Source: Nymphaea colorata
Taxonomy: Eukaryota
NCBI RefSeq assembly: GCF_008831285.2
Contig: NC_045138.2
Span: 28,396,001-28,460,000 of the forward strand
DNA: 64,000 nucleotides
Direction of reading: 5' to 3'
The notes beneath the pieces were generated by a model. It saw only the letters and a list, made by a program, of their open reading frames with translations, was not told the origin of the DNA and ran no database searches. The position numbers and the translations under genes were made by a program. Shown here piece by piece: positions 15,219-28,423 of the stretch. Positions within the stretch are counted from its first letter, which is position 1. Each line of letters begins with the position of its first letter.

Positions 15219-18200
15219 TCTTCCTCAAAGTACTCGAGTTGATGTGAACCGAACAAGATGCTTGAACTCTACTTATCCTCGGTGGCCATCTGAAGTGTCA
15301 AAGGAACACGGTGTTAACTATCCGATGCTAAGCAAAAGCAAAGAAAACTAAGCATGAACAGGTCGATTTCACAAGCTAACAATGCGTAGAAAGACAAAAG
15401 AAAAGTTGAGAGGCACAGAGACAGGGAGCTTACAGTCTAATGGAAAGCAAAGGAAAGCTAAGTATGCAGACTAACCTGAAGGACAAGAGAAAAGTTGAGA
15501 GGGAGAGGTTGCCTTTTGTAATCAAGCATGATTGTGGTCCTTAATAATTTGAAATAGTAATATTTTTTTTTATGGTAGTGGGTGATGGGTGCGGATTGGA
15601 TTGTAGCAGGCTTAGGAGCAAATGCATAGTCATTTGTATATTTAAAATGAAAAGAGAGAAGATTTGGAGTATCACAAAGCAGCGGGCCACATGGCATACC
15701 AGCCTTAATTTTTTCTTCTTTTATTTGTTTTTGCTGTTTGTGGCAGCAATTAAAATAATAGAAAGTTTGAGATCTACCAGCACCAATTAAAGAAACCTTT
15801 TCTTTCCAAAAAAATGAAGGAGTGATGTAATAATAGTCACTTTATGGATCAATAAATCAAATCAACCAACACCATTTTGGGGCAATCGGGACCCACGCAT
15901 AAAGGATTCAAATTTTATCAAGCCCCAGCTAAGGCTGACAAGTGACACCAATATGGGCAGTCAAAAGGCTTCTTTTTTTTTTTTTTCTGCCGCAACTTCA
16001 AAACCATGCCGAGCTTATGGGCCACAGTACCGTGTGCTGCCATTAATCTTGCTCCTCTTGCACAAAGAGGTTGGACCTACAACCCAACTCATGTATCATT
16101 TCAAATTTTACTTGCTTTGATCAACGGTCCCATCTTAGGGGACAGGTAAGAACACAGTCGAATCGTCATAACAGAAGATGTCTGTATATTAGCTTGTAAA
16201 GGGAGACCCAATTCAAGCCAAGTTGTTATCTTGGGCAGTGCAGCATCAGTTTCTGAGTTTGCTAAGGGTGCACCTTCCAAACAAAAGCTAGCCAACTTGG
16301 TAGCCGGAAACCGTGCACCTGTTCTGAACCAACTTGACACAGGCCAGGCCACGGTCTCGACTCGAGTTCAACGGTACCCAAACCTCAAGAGCCAATGCAC
16401 CACATATCTAATTGATTCCTTTCTTGTTTCTAGGCCTTGAGGAGAAGATCAGAGGATCGGCCCGGGGTCGAGCTCGACTTGACATTATAGGTTCTGCTCT
16501 GCTCAACTATGGCCGGCCCTTCTCGCGCACGGCCACCGCGGTGTAGACTTAGATCGAGCACGGAGTGCGCAATTTGGTCGATCCCAAAGACCAAGATAAA
16601 CGATCGGTTCGACAATCGGAAAAGGTAAAAACGCATCTCAGAATGATCGTCACCCGATCACACGACGATCTCTCTGCGTAGATCATTCGAACTTCGAAGT
16701 CTCTCGACAGGGAAAGAATTCACACGCATGTGAACGAACGAATTTCCTCCAGAAACCACAGCGAGAGAGCATTGAGTTTTCCTTCCAATCATGGATTACT
16801 GATTCGCACAGATAAGTAGGAAAATATGTGATACTCCGACCGGTCATATTCCGGCTCTGATTTGATTAGGATGTGCTACCAATGACAGAAAAATACAACT
16901 AAAATGAACACAGAGAGAAAGAAAGAGAGAGGAACGTACCAGTGCTCTAGAATAGCTTGCGATGATGATGGTGGTGGTGGCGGGCGCAGGGGTGATGGTG
17001 GTGGTGCTGGAGGTGGCAGAGGCGGCGGTGGAAATGGTCGGTGACGGTTTAAATGAAGCAGAGTACAACCTATACCACTCGAAGCCGAAGCAGAGAAGGG
17101 CGTGAATGAAGGGGACAGTGAGGAATTAGGGTTTATCACATGTTTGTCCTTGACTGCAGCGTAAAGAGCCTTAATATATATATATAAAAATTTTCCAAAC
17201 TGCGTTGCAATTTCATGTGTGAGATTACTGCAAATAAACAAGAGGCAAGCACGTGGTCGCTAGAGAGAGATGGATGATTTGACGGAACTGCCCTCCGCAA
17301 CTTAGAAGATCCAACCTTTTCTAGGCCAAAGATGAGAAACGACTGTCGCTACTCGCTCTATCGGAGTAGCGTTTGCGAGAGACTCTGATAGCGCTGCAGC
17401 AACAGCGACAGATTGAGGGAGGATAGGAGGTTTATGTCCATTGGCCAAGGGTTTAGTGACGGCTGCAGCCTACCATATTCCCCCCTATACCTTTCCATCT
17501 TACCCTAAAAAAGCAAAGCTGTGACATGACACTTCGACCATGTCCTGCTCATTTGAATCAATCAGCATCTTCTCTCTCTCTCTACATATATTTATATATA
17601 TTATGTTCAGTCTTTATATGTTCACATGAAAAATGAAACTAGGTGATGGGTTTGTCTTATATATGGGTATGTTTTAAGAAAGAGAGAGAGAGAGCAGATG
17701 AATGGAATCTGAGTCTGAGCCATGTTCAATGAAAACTGGGTTTCTTGCATCTACTTTAGTACCTGAAGTAGGCAGGTTTGACGAACAATTGTACTGACTT
17801 ATTCGATCTTCGTTTACAGTTGATCACGGATGTGTCATGCATGTAGGGACGTGTCAAACTCATCGATGCATGACTTCTTCTCATGCCTGAGATTTTAGTT
17901 TTCTTTCTTCTCCTGTTCCAGATTTTCTTTTTGATGGATTCAATGGTAACTCAAGATTCGGCGAAGCTGAGACTTGTTCAAAACTGTCGTAACGAGAGAA
18001 ATTTTCTGGATCTTCAACAAGATTTGAACGCATCCCTCTCTCTCTCCCATATCAATGAAGCAAGGAAGCGGTCAAAGTGGGGGGTTTCCAAATGCACCCA
18101 TTTGCCCAAAGAGTGGGATATTCAAGAGACATTCGTTCCATGGAGCACAACGCAGTACCCCAAGTTCCCAAGATATCCCACATTTCTAGATAAACATGAT

Positions 18201-19366
18201 GAACTTCAATTCGAAAATTTCCCAGTCTTCGAAATCAATCGAAAGAATGGAATTCCAGCGGTCCCTGATTTTCCGGAAGAAGCGGTGCGCGTTAAAGAAA
18301 AAGCAAGATCGAAACAAAAAGAAAACCCCTTAAACCAGATCCTGTTCTCACTAACAGTGACACATCAAAATCAGGACTACAAAACTGTCCAAAGCACAAA
18401 ACCGGCGGTGCTCTTCAGTAACTTCAAGATCTGCCAACAAAATATGCAAATATTATATATCTGTATCATATGAAAGATGGGTCCAGGCCTTTCCCTCCAA
18501 TGCATTAACCTTTTTCAAATTTAAAGAGAGACAGAGAGAGAGCCAATAATTTATGGAGCAAAGAAGCCAATAATTTATGCCCCAAAAACAGCTGCTGCGC
18601 CGGTAAGAATAAGGCCAAAACAAGGGAAGGAGGTGGTGGAAACGAAGTAACTCATCAGGCCGAGCAATTTAAATCAGGTAAATTCCTTAATTTCCCAACG
18701 GTGAAAGGACAGTTTGCTTGACCACAAGTGAAAGAGAGAGAGGTATCTCTTCTCTTCTGCTGCTGCAGTCTGCAGAGCTTCAACAGAGCCAAGCACAAAT
18801 TCCAACCACCGCCCCTTGAGGAAATTATTTTTTAATCACCCCCAAAAAAACTGCTCCTCCCAAACCCCAAAAAATCCCCTACCTCATCCCTTCTAAGGAA
18901 ATTTATTACATGGGTACCTGGATTTTCTGCTGAATTCGATGTCCTGGTGCCAGTTTTCGAAATTTCCGATACAGTGCTGTGCATTTGAAGCAGTTATCCA
19001 TAGAAATGGAAACTTATGAATAAGCAAGAGTGGCCCATAATTGATGCATATTTGAAAAATACTATTTGGCTCCCCAACAAAAAAGTTTTGATCACACTAA
19101 CATGCCATAAAATATACATTGGCAACTAAATTGGCTTATTTAGCAGATTTGTACTTATTAACGCCCTACCTACCTCAATTGGAACTGTTTTGGCTTCCTA
19201 TCAGTAGTCATCAAAATTTTGACAAAAAAGGGAATTAAAAACAAATTAAGTGATTAGCAATTCACAGAAATCGGCAAACATTATTCCATACGGAAAACAA
19301 ATTGATTTGCCACTAATTCAATTTAAAGAAAAAATTATGTCTAAATTAGCATATTGGCAGCATACT

Positions 19367-19465
19367 TATATATATTTATATTTATATTTATATTTATATT
19401 TATATTTATATTTATATTTATATTTATATTTATATTTATATTTATATTTATATTTATATATATAT
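19367..19465. repeat. (TATATT)n hexanucleotide microsatellite
   Basis: Long run of TATATT units; explains the YLYL/KYKY ORFs in the track. Confidence 0.9.
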
Positions 19466-22400
19466 AACACATACACACACATTAGATAATTAGCTCTTGT
19501 AAGAGTATTTGTTTTGGAAAATGTTATATCTATGGTGCTGCTCTTAAGAGTTGGCACTAGACCATGAAAATGGCGTCGAGCATATTATATCTATGGTGCT
19601 GCTAGACCTTGAAAATGACATCGAGCATACCTCAGTCGAACCAAGCTCAATAAAAAAATTTATTAATTTTAAATATATATATATATGTGTGTTTTTATTT
19701 TTTTATGATTGAATCGGATTGAACTCGAGTCCAATCCAATTAATCGGGCTTAAACCCTATTAAGTGATAAATTTAGACATTTTGCAAAAGATCATAAAGA
19801 GTATTTATTAAGTCAGGGTCTTGGGCTGACGCATGCATGCTATTAAAAAGGGTTTGGTGTCCTGGACAAGAAATTTCAGTGAAAAAGGAAGGGACATGAA
19901 ATTTCAGAAGAAAAGGCGGTACTGACAGGGAACTTTTTTTCTTTTCTTTTTCTTTTTTTTTATCCTTTTCTGAATTTTTTAATATTTACATTTGGGTTTA
20001 GAAAGGGATGATGAAGCAAGGATGATGCAACCAAGGCAGGTAAAAGGGTGGAGAAGAAGTACGATTCAAAAAATTCCCTCCTTTCCTTGCTTCCATCAAT
20101 CAAACGCATCAAAAACCATATCCCTCCCTCTTTCATCATCATCATTGAACAACTCGTCCTTCGGAACTCCAACCCCATGCCCTTCCAAACGACGCCAAGT
20201 CCAACATCTTCCCCCCTTGTCCGGACCACCGTCCCAAATCTCGGTAACCTTGTGGTGATTGAGATTAAGATTATATCGGGATAAATTAAGCGGTTTTTAT
20301 TTTTTTTATTTTTTTTTTAGCTAGAGAAAAGTGTGACGAATGAGTATAATGTACCTGAAGAAAGTGAAATTTGAAAAAGGTTTTGGAACGTGAAATCAAA
20401 AAGTTAATAATAGATGATGTTCAACTGGGAGTTCGCGTTTGAATGCCATGATAGAGTAACCACAGTCGCCTTAATCACTAACCTTTTGACATGAAAGCCC
20501 CATGTAAGAAGTTGGCGAACTTCCAGTTTTTCAAACACTCCTATTCATTGTATAACTTCACTATGCTCTGGATTCCAGTCCATAGGAATGAATCATAGAG
20601 AAGAGTTGCAGAGCACAACCTAGCAAAAAGAAATCAGAATTTCTACAGTAAAAATTACACAATTCTGTAGTGGAAGAAACCCCAATAGCTTTCATTGTGC
20701 TCAACTGTGTCACTGCAGTAACCTGCATCAATGAATTGGGTAGGCTAAAAATAAAAACTGAAATTTCAATAGTCATCAAATGGTTAAAATATTAAAAGCA
20801 TGTTGTCGAAAGCACTGTAAACCGTTGCTAAAAATATCTCAAACAGTTTTCGCACTACAAACTCCCACTAATGTTTCTGTCACAACTATCTTTCGGGTAT
20901 AGATGTTCAATTTTGAGACATAGAATGATATCTAGCATCCATCAGATTTGAACTCACCCCCATCGAAGTTATTGATTTACTAAAGCTACCAACCGATACC
21001 ATATTGGGTCTTTAGTTGGATATCTATGGGATTAACCCTATGCAATAACTATATATATTTACAATATTTTAGAGCAAAAGGAGATGGGGTCTGAAGTGGG
21101 TATGGGCGGTCGCTTGGGACCGGACCGATTTGGTGCATCTCGGGCTGTGGCATCGGTTCTTTCAAAGTCAAAACCCCCTACGGTAGCGTAGTGTGTAGCA
21201 GAGTAGATACGTGGGTCTGCCACTGCTTTTGAGGCCAAGTTGGTGGTGGTGAAGAGCGGAGCTTCGGGTCACATGCATGTAGTTATCAAAAGCTGCATGG
21301 CTGGGTCTCACCTGCGCCCGATGTACGGCCCCTCGAACCTTTTTGCATTATATATTATATGTTCACCCTGTTTGATTGCCTCACGTCATAGCTTATAGCT
21401 AGACACCATGTCACACACACACACGCACAGAGGGGTAAGCTCAAGCTATTCAAATATGTCATCTACAGTGGTCAACTTTTCTTGGTCGATTGATAGATTA
21501 TACATGTATCTGTTTCTGTGTTTAAGACGTCTTGTCAGTTTGATAGGGCGTGAATGACATTTTCTGTGGCGTCGAGAAGTAGAAAGAACTCAGGTAAAGA
21601 GAAAGTTGGCCTCTGCATAACTTTTAAGTATCAGTTTTCATTCAATCCACTGTGGGGATGTCCTCTTTGGGTGGAGTCCCTTCGTTCTGGGGCACATCAT
21701 CTACACCATCAAACACGCCAAATTTTCCTTTATTTACGAAGACCAGATTCACCAAATATTACCACCAAACTTGTCGTCCAACATTAAGTTGCACTGTTTT
21801 ACATCAAGCTACGTGCATTACAGTTACAAACGCGTCCATGCTGAGAATTTTCGACATGACAGGTTGTTTATCAATAACATTCCTTGAATATATGCTCGAG
21901 AAAAAACTTCATCATCAGATTCAGTATTAATTTAGGTGTGAAATTTGGTTTTTTAATGTTTGTTTATTAATTGAATGTACAAGTTCTTTCACTATTCTGA
22001 AACAGTTATACTCTGCAACTGGTGGAATCTTCCTGTACGAGTCGTCGAACCCGAGAGGAACTGTGTCTGTGGGAATCTTCCTGTTCAGCTCCTGATCATC
22101 AGTTTCCATCAACGGCGGAAAACCCAAAAAGCATAAAATGAAAAACACAGAAGGGGCGAGCATTAATCTGAGCATTCCGTCGAGCAATAAGAACACATAT
22201 AAAAGAAAAGGTTGAGCCTCGCTCAATAAAAACTAAAATGAAATGAACAGCACATAGTTGGTGCTACTAGTAATATACAAACAACTCATTACTGATGATA
22301 CTGTACAATACATTGCATTGATACACTAATCGAAACTGTTGAAAAGAAATTGATTTTGATTGAGCGCAAGAACTCGTTTTAGTTACGGCGACTGAGCAAA

Positions 22401-24051
22401 GCGCCGCAGATGTACTCGTTGACCGTCAATCCAAGTTTTGGCCACAGCCCCAGAGCGTGCAGCAACGGCTAAGACCGCCCCCTCCCTTTTTGTTCGTAGA
22501 TGGGACAGGCCGCCAGAAATGGTACAGCGGCTCGTGAGGAGAGGAGGACGCAAAGGAATCGGAAATGGAGGCGTCAGGAGAGGGGGGAGCTGTCAGATCG
22601 TAGCATCTCGAGATCGGACGGATATTGGAACGGCTAACGGAAGGAATAAACGGTCAGATTTTGCAGTGTAAGGATATTTCGCAATCGCCTGCGCAAAAGC
22701 CAAACACCGCCAACTCGTAATCATTGGCTCCCACCACCACCACCCTCATGTGACTCTTCCTGTTTTCACTGGACCGGGTACGAGTCCTTGCTGACCCGTA
22801 TCAAATCCGGTAACCTTCGGGTCCGTATCACAGGTGGATATGACCCGGTGAAAAAAGGAATTGCATTTTACAAACAAGGAATAGTCATTGTCAATGTCAT
22901 GTAGAGGTTAGTTTCCATCGAATATTTTGTCCGGAACAAGGGGTCAGAACAAAAGAACCACATCTTTTTTTTCGTTGTAACTACCTGGGAGAAGGGGGGG
23001 GGGGGCGTGTTTGATTGCTCGGGCAACTTGTTGGTGCGGAGACAAAGACTCAGTGTCGTGCAAACACTGACACGAGATCTCTTATACGAGGCCCAACTGA
23101 ATTTTTTTATTTTTTTCTGCCGCTCAATCAACTGACGGCAATTTAAAATATCCGGGCAATCAAACATGGAAATCACATAGGAAAGGACAGGCATGTGCTT
23201 TCATACATACGATACCTTGTCGCCAAGCAATGTTTATCATGTTACCACAAAAAACGGAAGCCCTTAACATCACCAATCACATTCATGTTCTACCAATAAT
23301 GATACAAACTTGATCAACTTTCTCATCGAATCACTAATCACATTTATGCCACGACATCAACAAAAAACATGTCATGTCATGTCAGACCTTTTTTATGATT
23401 GTTTACCAACAATAATAAATCGTTACTTTCCAATCAATCTGCCTTTAGACTTTGAGCATATATATACATATATATATATATATATGAACAGTGTCAAAAT
23501 GTTACTCCCTTTTTTTGAGTAAATTCTTAAAACATTAGGTCATGGACTCGTGGTTGTACGTTCTCATTCAGGCAAGCATGTTCTTTGGCCCTTGGAACCT
23601 TTTCAAGCAGCCACCAGTGGAAGGAGGAGTTGCTCTGCACTAAAAGCTATCACCGACCACGTATGCGCCGGCCTTTCATTGCTAAAATCAGAATACTTGT
23701 TAATATGAAATCGCTTTCAAAGTGTTTTGTCGGTATTGTTGTTGCTCTTTATTATTTTATTTTTTACTTGTAAAATAAATAAAAGATAAAACTTAATGAA
23801 TAATTAATATTTGTGATTGTGCTTCTCTAAATCTCGTTTCTTACTTTCTTTAAGGCGTGGTGTTCTTAATTTACAAAAAGGAAAGCATCATGAAATAAAT
23901 TTAAAAATGCCACATGAAAATTCAAGAAAAAAAAAAATAAAAGGATTAACAAACACGCCACCTACGATTCCATCGTCACGGCCGAGTTTCTCTCTCTTCA
24001 ATTGTTTCTTCCGTGCCTTTTTTTCACAGAAGTAATTATTATCTCTTGTTG

Positions 24052-25945
24052 TTATCGTAACCACCGAGTACGGAGGGAACGCAAGTAATCGGGATCGTGG
24101 ATCTGACCCGAACCCGGACCCAGATCCGCTGAGCGGTCAAGACGCATGAGTACCGCGTTGCGGAAGGTGAAGCCTCCCTCCTGCTGGACCTGGGAACTGG
24201 ACCTCCGCATTCGGATCCGAGACTCGGGCGGCTCGTGGAGCGAGAGCCTCCCCTTCAAGAACGGATCGGGTCTCTGCTTTGGGGCGCTGTGGGACCGCAC
24301 CTTCGCCCGGAAGCTCTGCGTGTTGGCCATGTAGCTCGGCGCGTCGGCGAATAAGTACGGCCCGCAGACGCTCTTCGCCGGCGTCGACGGCAGACCGCCG
24401 GATGAGAACCGCGGGGTGCTCTGCGCGGTCGAGGCGAGGCGGTGGCACTCGTCGCAAGCTCCCCAACCGTCAGCGGTCGGAAGCGGCGCCACCACCATCA
24501 GCGGCGGCGGGGAGAAGGGATCCTTGGACGGGGATGAATCGGAGATGGAAGTGTTTCTACGGTGCGAGCGGGCAGACCGCGGCCGGTAAGTGTCGATCTC
24601 GACGGTCTTGGGCGACTCCCCACTCTCCGCGGAAGACAGCCGCTTGCTGTGGATGCCGGCAACGCGGTCTCTGTCATCAAATCTTTCCTGCAATTTCAGA
24701 CCAAGGAAAAGGAAAAAAACTGAGAAACATTTCGCGAGAAAAAAACAGGATAAATCCAGTGCATGGTGATTGCAATATCCGGATTTATCCTACTTCCATC
24801 TTTTCAGAAAAAAAAAAAATCATCTCCCGTATTTCAGAAAAAGCATCACGGATTGCAGTTGCACTATCAGAATCAGAATCAGAATCAACTAAGGCGGAAC
24901 GAATTCAACATGAAAAAGGACCACTTTTGTACCCTCAACTGTCAAGGTAATCAACCTGCTTCTGGTAATGAGCAACACAGATAATGTAGAATGAATCTCG
25001 AACCATCTAAGCTTCCTTCAAATTGAGATAAGAACGACTAATGACCATCAATCTGACCCTCGTGGAATGACACTTAGTGTGAGATGCTCAACGAATTGCT
25101 AACTTCGAGAATGATAGAAGAATGAGCGCTGTCAAGATTACGGAATGCATAACGGAGATGACGAATGCCATAAACTAGAATTAGAAACAGAGGACAGGAG
25201 GGTTAGTTACCATGGACCGGCGAGGGCGGGCGTCGCAACAAAGTTTCTGGCCTTGCGGAAGAGAAGAATAAGCTTGAAACGACCGGACGGTCGCCTGAGC
25301 ACGAAAGAGCGCCTGCATACTGTGAAGCGTTGCCGTCGCTTCCCTCCGAACCAGGTATCCCCTCACTCGGGCCTGCAACTTGACGAGGGCTCTCAGTGCC
25401 CGAAGCGCCCTCCTCGCCTACAAATCAGCACCACCAAGACGAAGGAGATCACAACGAGGAAAGCCCAAAAGAAAGAAGACGATTCGATCGTTTCTCGCTT
25501 AAATTGCTAGGATTTAACGAAACGAAATTGAATCGAGTGGCCACTGTGCAAAACGAAGCAAAGGAAATCGTTAAAAAGGGAAGGGGTTTCCCGCGCGCAC
25601 CAGATATCGACGGAAAGCGGTCTGTATCGTGACGGCGGCCCACCGCTCCCGGGGAAAGCCCTGACCCGTCAAACGGACAACGGCGACCGCGGCCTGGGCT
25701 GCCGCCACGGCCGCGTCCGCAGCTGCAGCGGTTGCCGCGGCCACCGCGATCGCATGCTTGCTCTGCTGGTCTTCTGCCTCGGCTAAGCGCGCGTCGAGGT
25801 ACTGCCGCGTTCCGAGGGGGTTGCGGGCGGCCTCGGATTGCGCCCTGGGCTTGCCGGCGTTCCGGTCTCGGCCGTCCTTCCGTTCGCCGGCATCCTTCTT
25901 GCCACCCCAGAGGAGGCCCTTCAGCCACCTCATCGCCTTTCCCAT
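24052..25945 (-). CDS. IQD: Second IQD paralogue (tandem duplicate), GC-rich; 3 coding exons
   Basis: Exons 25945-25601, 25417-25211 and 24687-24052, GT-AG, phase 0. Exon 2 is 207 nt, as in the first paralogue. Motifs [101 protein letters not shown]. Confidence 0.92.
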
Positions 25946-28391
25946 GGCCCCCTTCGCGGATAATCGATGCCGGCGAAGCACCAGGCCACGTCCTTCCCGC
26001 TTTATTTGTCCGTCGTGGCAGTTTCGTTATTTCACCCTACACGGGGGCAGTTATGCTAATATCAAGGGTGTTTCCGTCATTTCGGAGACGTTCAAATTCT
26101 CTGGGCAGAAGTTTTGTCGTGTAACGAAGTAGGCGACAGATGCATTGGGCTGTGAATGAATTTCGCGGCTGCCGTTTTTTTCCTGAGAAATTCAAAAGTT
26201 TACGCACTCATTTTCTCGGTTTTTTTAATTTATAACTTTGGAATGAGATTTTTCAAACTAAGAAAAAAAAAATCTGTTAAAAATCGATCTCGAAAACCGA
26301 AAATTTCTTATTATGATTTTCTATGAAAATTTATTTATTTTACATTTTTTAAAGACTAGAAAATTCATCTCGACTATATTTATTTTTTTTCTTAAAAATA
26401 ATTATTCTAGAATTTAAACCTCTGGGTAAAATTCCGTCGTACCGGCGTTTTGAATTTGGAGGACAAAACGGTGACCGGGGCCGTCAATGATGACAATTTT
26501 GACCGCTAACTCGGACGGAAGGAGCCTTTGACTCTTCTGACTGACCTAAATACCCCTAACCTTCTCCTTCACGTGTTACAGCCCAAAGTCAAAAAAGGTG
26601 TGTCCAGAGTGACGCTTCGAGTTGCAGGAATGAGGAGTGAAGATTACGAAAATCTTTGGATATTTTCGGAATCCGAACCCGGATCCGGTCCAGGATCTGA
26701 CAGGACCATTGCCCATCCTCGACTCAACCTCAACCTGATCCACCCACGCCACCGTCACGGAGTTTCTTAATATCGCGATATTTTCTTGCCCGTTTTAAGA
26801 TGACAAAATAACACCGTCTTATTTCACGGTTTCCATTGATTAAACGATTTTAACCTTATTTAAAAGCTGTTGTTATCGTGGCAACCGTGTGGATAGCTCC
26901 TTTCTTTCAATATGAGAGGACTTTGATCCGGATCTTATTCCAATATAGTGTATGGGTTTTGATCCAATATAGTAGGCCCGACTCATTGGCAAATGAATCA
27001 AGCGGGAGAACTGGACAACCAGGCATTGATTGCCTAAAAGGCCAAAGCTATGATTATAGTAACTGGGATTCCGGTTCTGAAATTGGTGCATATGCCAAGA
27101 TCTAGAATTGGTGAGCATGGGACTTCTGTTTGGATCCGGTACTGAATTGGAAGGACGATGTACCATTGGGACCAGTTGGATCTGGGTCTAACTACCGTTC
27201 GGCTATCGTGTAACCCATTTTCTTGTTTGGTTCCCCAGCCTGGAACTGTCCCAGATCACATTCAAGTGTCCCGATTCTAATAATTTCCGGCTCCGCCGCA
27301 TGATCAACTGAAGACATCGATCCAGGTTGTGTTAAATCCGATCCAGGTCTTAATGGACTTGATTTTGTGCTTCACAAATCTGACCCGAAATTGAGTTAGA
27401 CCTACCTTGGGCTGGGCCAAGGGAATTTGGGTCTGTGGCATTTGAACCTGGATCCAAATTCTTCAGTGAAGCCCCAATCCAATTCCTTCACCAACGCAGG
27501 CTGCTTTTCTGATATTCCATGTCCCAAGCCCAACCCGTATTGCTCGTAAATCTGGCACTACCTCATAACGCGTAGGCTACAGTAACTGTCCTGAGTTTGA
27601 ACCCCTCGACGACCCGATCCAATACCAGTACAATGAGACCACGCAGACGAAAGTGACATGTATTTTGTCCCCCTTTTGATGCCAATAATTGTTAATGGTC
27701 CAGCGCAAAAAGCGTCTACCGGGAAACAATTATCTAGATAAATCGTTATACAGATAAACTGAGATAATTCAGGATGTCGCATCAACTTTAACAAGACAAT
27801 CCTAGAAATCTCCCGTTCTCTTGCCTTTGATAGTTATATTTGGTTCTCTCTTCATAACTCATTTAATTTATCCGGATAAATGTAGGTAATTCCGGATAAA
27901 ATATCTAGATAGCATGAACAAATACAACTGGCAAAATTTATTCAGAATTACCCTTCCATGCGAAGATGAGGAGACTAATTTTTCTCGATACTGCGAACAT
28001 TTGCTTTAAGTATAATGGTGGAGCCACATGTAACCTACCTAAGACTCGGCATCGGGTTGGGTCAGGCTGGCTCAAGGCTCGATAAACCCATGCGAGCTAA
28101 CCCGAAACCCTTAATGGCTGCTCAAACCCACCTGCTTAGTTATCTAAACCGAGCCCAGTCACCAACTTTATGCTCTTCGTGTACCCGATTCAATGCCCAC
28201 TCATATTTGAAATCCTTGATATTTTCAACTTTTTATATTTTACATTTTTAACTATGACAACTTGCCAAGAATTTTCAAGGGAGCCGTCTATAACACACGA
28301 AGAATAACACACGAAGAGGCTTTAAGGGAGACGTCTGCGATGCACTAAGAGTTTTTAAGTAAGCCGACTATCGGTATCATGCTCAAGAGTG

Positions 28392-28423
<32 letters not shown>

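Noticed and set aside
16876..17241. Proline-rich 121-aa ORF
   Set aside because: No ATG start; it derives from CCA/CCG repeats in a likely untranslated leader.
17883..18473. 196-aa ORF
   Set aside because: No recognisable domain, coding-like composition or splice context.
19250..19557. YL- and KY-repeat ORFs
   Set aside because: Translations of the (TATATT)n microsatellite.
24137..26132. Several long overlapping ORFs, e.g. 24279-24950 and 25449-25928
   Set aside because: Alternate-frame or antisense by-products of the GC-rich IQD exons.
26880..27540. GGATC/GATCC-rich patches, also near 5680-5800 and 30830-31200
   Set aside because: Probably old DNA-transposon subterminal remnants; no TIR or TSD could be defined.
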